64,000 bases of DNA from Guillardia theta CCMP2712 (taxonomy: Eukaryota; Protista; Cryptophyta). Numbering within the stretch: the first letter of the stretch is position 1; every line of letters starts with the position of its first letter. This document shows, piece by piece, positions 60,601-64,000 of this stretch. The stretch spans positions 643,033-707,032 of the forward strand of contig NW_005434645.1 of NCBI RefSeq assembly GCF_000315625.1, written 5' to 3'. Under the pieces are notes generated by a model, which searched no databases, was not told the origin of the DNA, and saw nothing but the letters and a program-made list of their open reading frames with translations. A program made the translations under genes and the position numbers.

Positions 60601-62427
60601 CAGGCATCAGCAGGCTCAGCAGCAACCAAATCTCCTTTCACACTATACGTCCGATAGATTGGAGGCCCAAAAAGGGCAGGAGACATATCCATCACATAAG
60701 CGTTGCCCTCGTAAAGAACCAAAACTTGACCAATTGATTGGGTGAACAACCCACTCTCTGCTAATCCTTGTGATGCCCCGACGGATATAATGTTCTTCGC
60801 TACTGCTGGATCCGTCACAGTAGCAGGATCTGGCCCGGAATTGCCAGCAGCAAAGGCAACCACGTAATCAGGATTCGAGTGAATAAAATCGTCAGTGTTG
60901 AATGCATCCATCGTATACTGGTTCACATCCCCTCCCCACGAGTTGCTATGCACTCGAGCTCCTTCCCCGTAGGCTGTAGAGTAGACATAGCGCTCGAGGT
61001 CTTGGGGGACACTCAGCGAGTCAGAAGCCTGAGAGCCACCGCCATCTTGAAACACAAGCTTAGCATCAGGTGCTACTCCATTCTGAATCGTCACAAACTC
61101 TGAATTGGGTTGTCCATCTGCATTTCCAGCAACAATTCCGCACACATGTGTCCCATGACCATCAACAACGTCTCCGACAACTGCATCCTGCATGACTGTA
61201 TACGAGAAGATCTTACGATTGGTGGAACCCTGGAAGCTACATGTTGAGGTTTCACTTTCTACACAGACGTCTACACGATTGTTTGGATCATAGAAGAAGC
61301 AATGGCCATAGTCGATACCTAGACAAGCAGTATAAGTCATCAAAAAGCATTCGAATTGAGCATGCAGGAAATTACGGGAAAAATGCAGGAAAACTTCAAC
61401 AAATGTCAGGAGATTCATCGGAAATACCTGTGTCTGTTACTGCCACTCGTTGGCCCTTGCCAGATAAACTTGCAATTTGAGATCGAGGAAGACCCAATAT
61501 CTGCTCTACAACATAGACGTTCCTCAATGTCGTATCTCTCTTGGTACGTGGATCAAGCTCGTTCCTCATCACCCTCAGCTTCCGTTCTGAGAAAGGTCCG
61601 ATCCATTTCACTTCAGCCAAGGACGAAAGCCAATGGAGGATTACACCAGAATAGTCTTCCATCACTTCAAGCAACACCTGGCCATGAAGTTAGCCAGACG
61701 AAGAGGCAATGCTGGGTCTTACTATTGCTGAAGATGGAGAAAGAGCTCGCAACAGCGCTACACCCTTAAGTGGTCGCATCACGTGAGCCACTCCCTCAAT
61801 GAACGAGGAGCCTTCCATCCTGCTCAGCTGTATCGAGTAGATCTTACATTGAGTACCATCGAATTGGCTACACCCATCAAACGTGTGATCAAACTTATCG
61901 TGAGTTGGTGACTTGGGAGTTGCAGCATCAAGTTGTTCTAAGATCGCGTCGGAGAATTTAATGATCGATGGAATATCCCTCACGCCGACGACACCTTGGA
62001 TCTTATTCAGTTCCAATATCTCCCTTTCACTTGCTTCGACAATGTATGTATCTGTCGGAATGTACCTGTACACTCTACTTCCAAGAAAAGCTTCAACATC
62101 CTGCTTTGTTTGAGATCTGCCATGCTTCGATGTTTGTATTAACACTTGCTTGCGGTGAAATTTCATTTTGTATGAAGCCAAGCCGGATAGTACTGAGATA
62201 TCATAATGCCGGGGATGTATAAGATTTGTTCTCATCTTGGAACGAAAATTCAAATCAAATTTGAGAATACTTTCAAAATCATTTCCTAAGAGAGGATTTA
62301 GGAGAACAGGAGGTTGCTTTTCTAAGGCCAGCAGCGGAATGGCAAGCGAGAGCACCAACAAACAAGCATGGGAGAAGAACGAGTTTCGCGATGTCGAAAA
62401 GAGGGAAAAGATTAACCTTTTGCCCAT
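57645..62427 (-). CDS. Membrane-anchored S8 subtilase with PA insert, EGF-like domain, S/T stalk and TM (multi-exon)
   Basis: VAVTDTGI (Asp), DGHGTHVCG (His), AAGNSG (Asn), SGTSMAAP (Ser); LVRRGSCTFSQK PA domain; CPSGCKGAGEC..CHC EGF; TM AWIAIGCGVAFLSLAVLAVVV. Confidence 0.9.
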
Positions 62428-62828
62428 GATAAGCAATATTTCCCACGAATTCTTGGCCTTTAGCAGGTCGCTCGATGCATGATGTGTCTAGGCTTAAGAT
62501 ATGTGTTTCTTTGAGACGATGTTTCTAATGGATAATGGTATGCGATGGCGTGATGGACATGTCCCCGATCACACTTCTTGTGCCCTCCTGCATTGATACA
62601 TATAAATTTATATCTCAGTCAGTGAGCGGCGTGGTAATACGGGCAAAGAGGGGTGGTCTTCCGTACAGCTACCCCCCATACCCCCGAGTCTCTGAACTAG
62701 ACCACCCTACCCCCTCGGCTTATCTTGTTGCTGTAGCAAGGGGAAGTTCCGACCCTACGGGACAAGGGGCAACTGATGACTCACTAATACCCTTCTTTCT
62801 GGTGACTTCTTTACTCAAAGTCTACCAA

Positions 62829-62867
62829 GTCTTTACTCAAAGTTAAGTTAAAAATCAGTACGAGGAC
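62829..62867. repeat. Dispersed 39-bp element, copy 2 (partial extra copy at 62809-62821)
   Basis: 37/39 identical to 44604-44642. Confidence 0.85.
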
Positions 62868-63040
62868 AATCAAGAGGAGGCTTGTAGTCTCATGCGGGGC
62901 CCGGGGAAGGCCTGCCAGGCCCGGCCCCGGCCCCGGGCTCGCTGGAATGCGACCAGCCATGCAGCATGCAGAAAGAATCTGGAAGATGAGCAAGTTGCTG
63001 GTGAACTGTAGCTGACAGCTCGAGACATCTCTGTCTTTGA

Positions 63041-63754
63041 ATGGACCATACTTCCATGACTTGCATCGCCAACACGCTCGTGAGAAATAATCGTCGCTTG
63101 CTTTTGATTTTCTTCTTCATCATGTTGTTTGGAAAGAGGCTCGACGCGGACACGAGGTTGCAGAGAGTCAAGTTGATATCACTTCACGAGATGCGACTTC
63201 GTGGTGGAGGTAAGAGTGATGCATGGACAAGGTTCGAAGACTTGATCAAAGGAGCCGAAGGCAGAAAAGCGTTCCTCGAAGAGATCCAGGGAAACTCACC
63301 CCAATCTCAGGAGATGACCGGCAGTAACGAGCAGTTGATCAAGAACATCTTCATGGACGCCCCTGCAACAATTACTCACAAAGAATCAAAACCACCCTTG
63401 TTGGAAGTAGACTGGTACCAGCGAAAACTTTCCTCTGCAAGAGCTCAGTATAAGAAATGGAGGTCAGAAGGGATTCGTCTACCGAGTGCTCAGGAGCTCC
63501 TGAAGCGATACGTTGAAGGCTCGCTAGTCACGTTCAAGAAAAAAATGGAGAAATTCACGGGCAACAAAAATTTAAAACAGAAAGTAATTATGCAAGCGAT
63601 TTCTAAGAGGTATGAGTTCTGCGGGGATATGCTGGTACGCCGCGGAAGCCAGCTTCGTGCATTCCAGTGTTATTTGAATGCAACACAATACGATCAGACG
63701 AACTTTCGTGCTCGCAAGATGGTAGAAAAATACTCCTTGCATTTCAATCGGTGA
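63041..63754 (+). CDS. Hypothetical protein with hydrophobic N-terminus, RLRGG motif and a TPR-like C-terminal helix pair
   Basis: 237-codon ORF; LLLIFFFIMLFG; MRLRGGG; GDMLVRRGSQLRAFQCYLNA. Confidence 0.6.
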   Translation: MDHTSMTCIANTLVRNNRRLLLIFFFIMLFGKRLDADTRLQRVKLISLHEMRLRGGGKSDAWTRFEDLIKGAEGRKAFLEEIQGNSPQSQEMTGSNEQLIKNIFMDAPATITHKESKPPLLEVDWYQRKLSSARAQYKKWRSEGIRLPSAQELLKRYVEGSLVTFKKKMEKFTGNKNLKQKVIMQAISKRYEFCGDMLVRRGSQLRAFQCYLNATQYDQTNFRARKMVEKYSLHFNR

Positions 63755-64000
63755 TCTTGATGTTTGCTCATGAGAAATCATAGTTGAAACGTTTCCCAGA
63801 CCTCGACGGAAGGCAATACCTTGCACCCCAGCAAAAGCCAGTCGGGCCCTTTTGCAAGACAAATATACTTTGCAGAATTTGCGGTGATATCTTCCTGATT
63901 CATTCAAATTTCCTGTTTTTGTAATGTAACTGTGCAGTCGGTCTTCTCGCGTCCGCTATCTTAATTCGACTGAGTTGCTGGTGTACTCGTGCATGGTCAA

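Overview
Gene-dense, intron-rich eukaryotic nuclear DNA. Short introns (some GC-AG), microsatellite-filled introns and plastid proteins with signal + transit presequences suggest an alga with a secondary red plastid, most likely a cryptophyte such as Guillardia (inference). There are three N-gaps. About 18 protein genes were recognised: an RCC1-repeat protein, PGRL1, a TIGR01777-type epimerase, an HMG-box protein, a kelch protein, a PDZ/coiled-coil protein, a WDR53-like WD40 protein, SDHAF3, plastid SRP54, an LMW phosphatase, an FIH-like JmjC hydroxylase, COX20, a membrane-anchored subtilase and others. Three things stand out. (1) A single 775-codon ORF fuses an NTPase_1-type P-loop domain, a RapZ-C-terminal-like CX5R domain and a 2H phosphoesterase; it is a candidate three-activity RNA end-healing enzyme. 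(2) A 2.6-kb chromovirus-type LTR element with identical LTRs has its PBS joined directly to the end of RT (no gag, protease or RT core) but keeps an open RNaseH-integrase-chromodomain frame; it sits in a 17-bp satellite. (3) An inverted pair of Cys-rich receptor pseudokinase genes carry complementary lesions (one lacks the RING, the other has an exon-1 frameshift), so inverting the 10 kb between them would rebuild an intact receptor. Exon boundaries were read by eye and are approximate unless stated.
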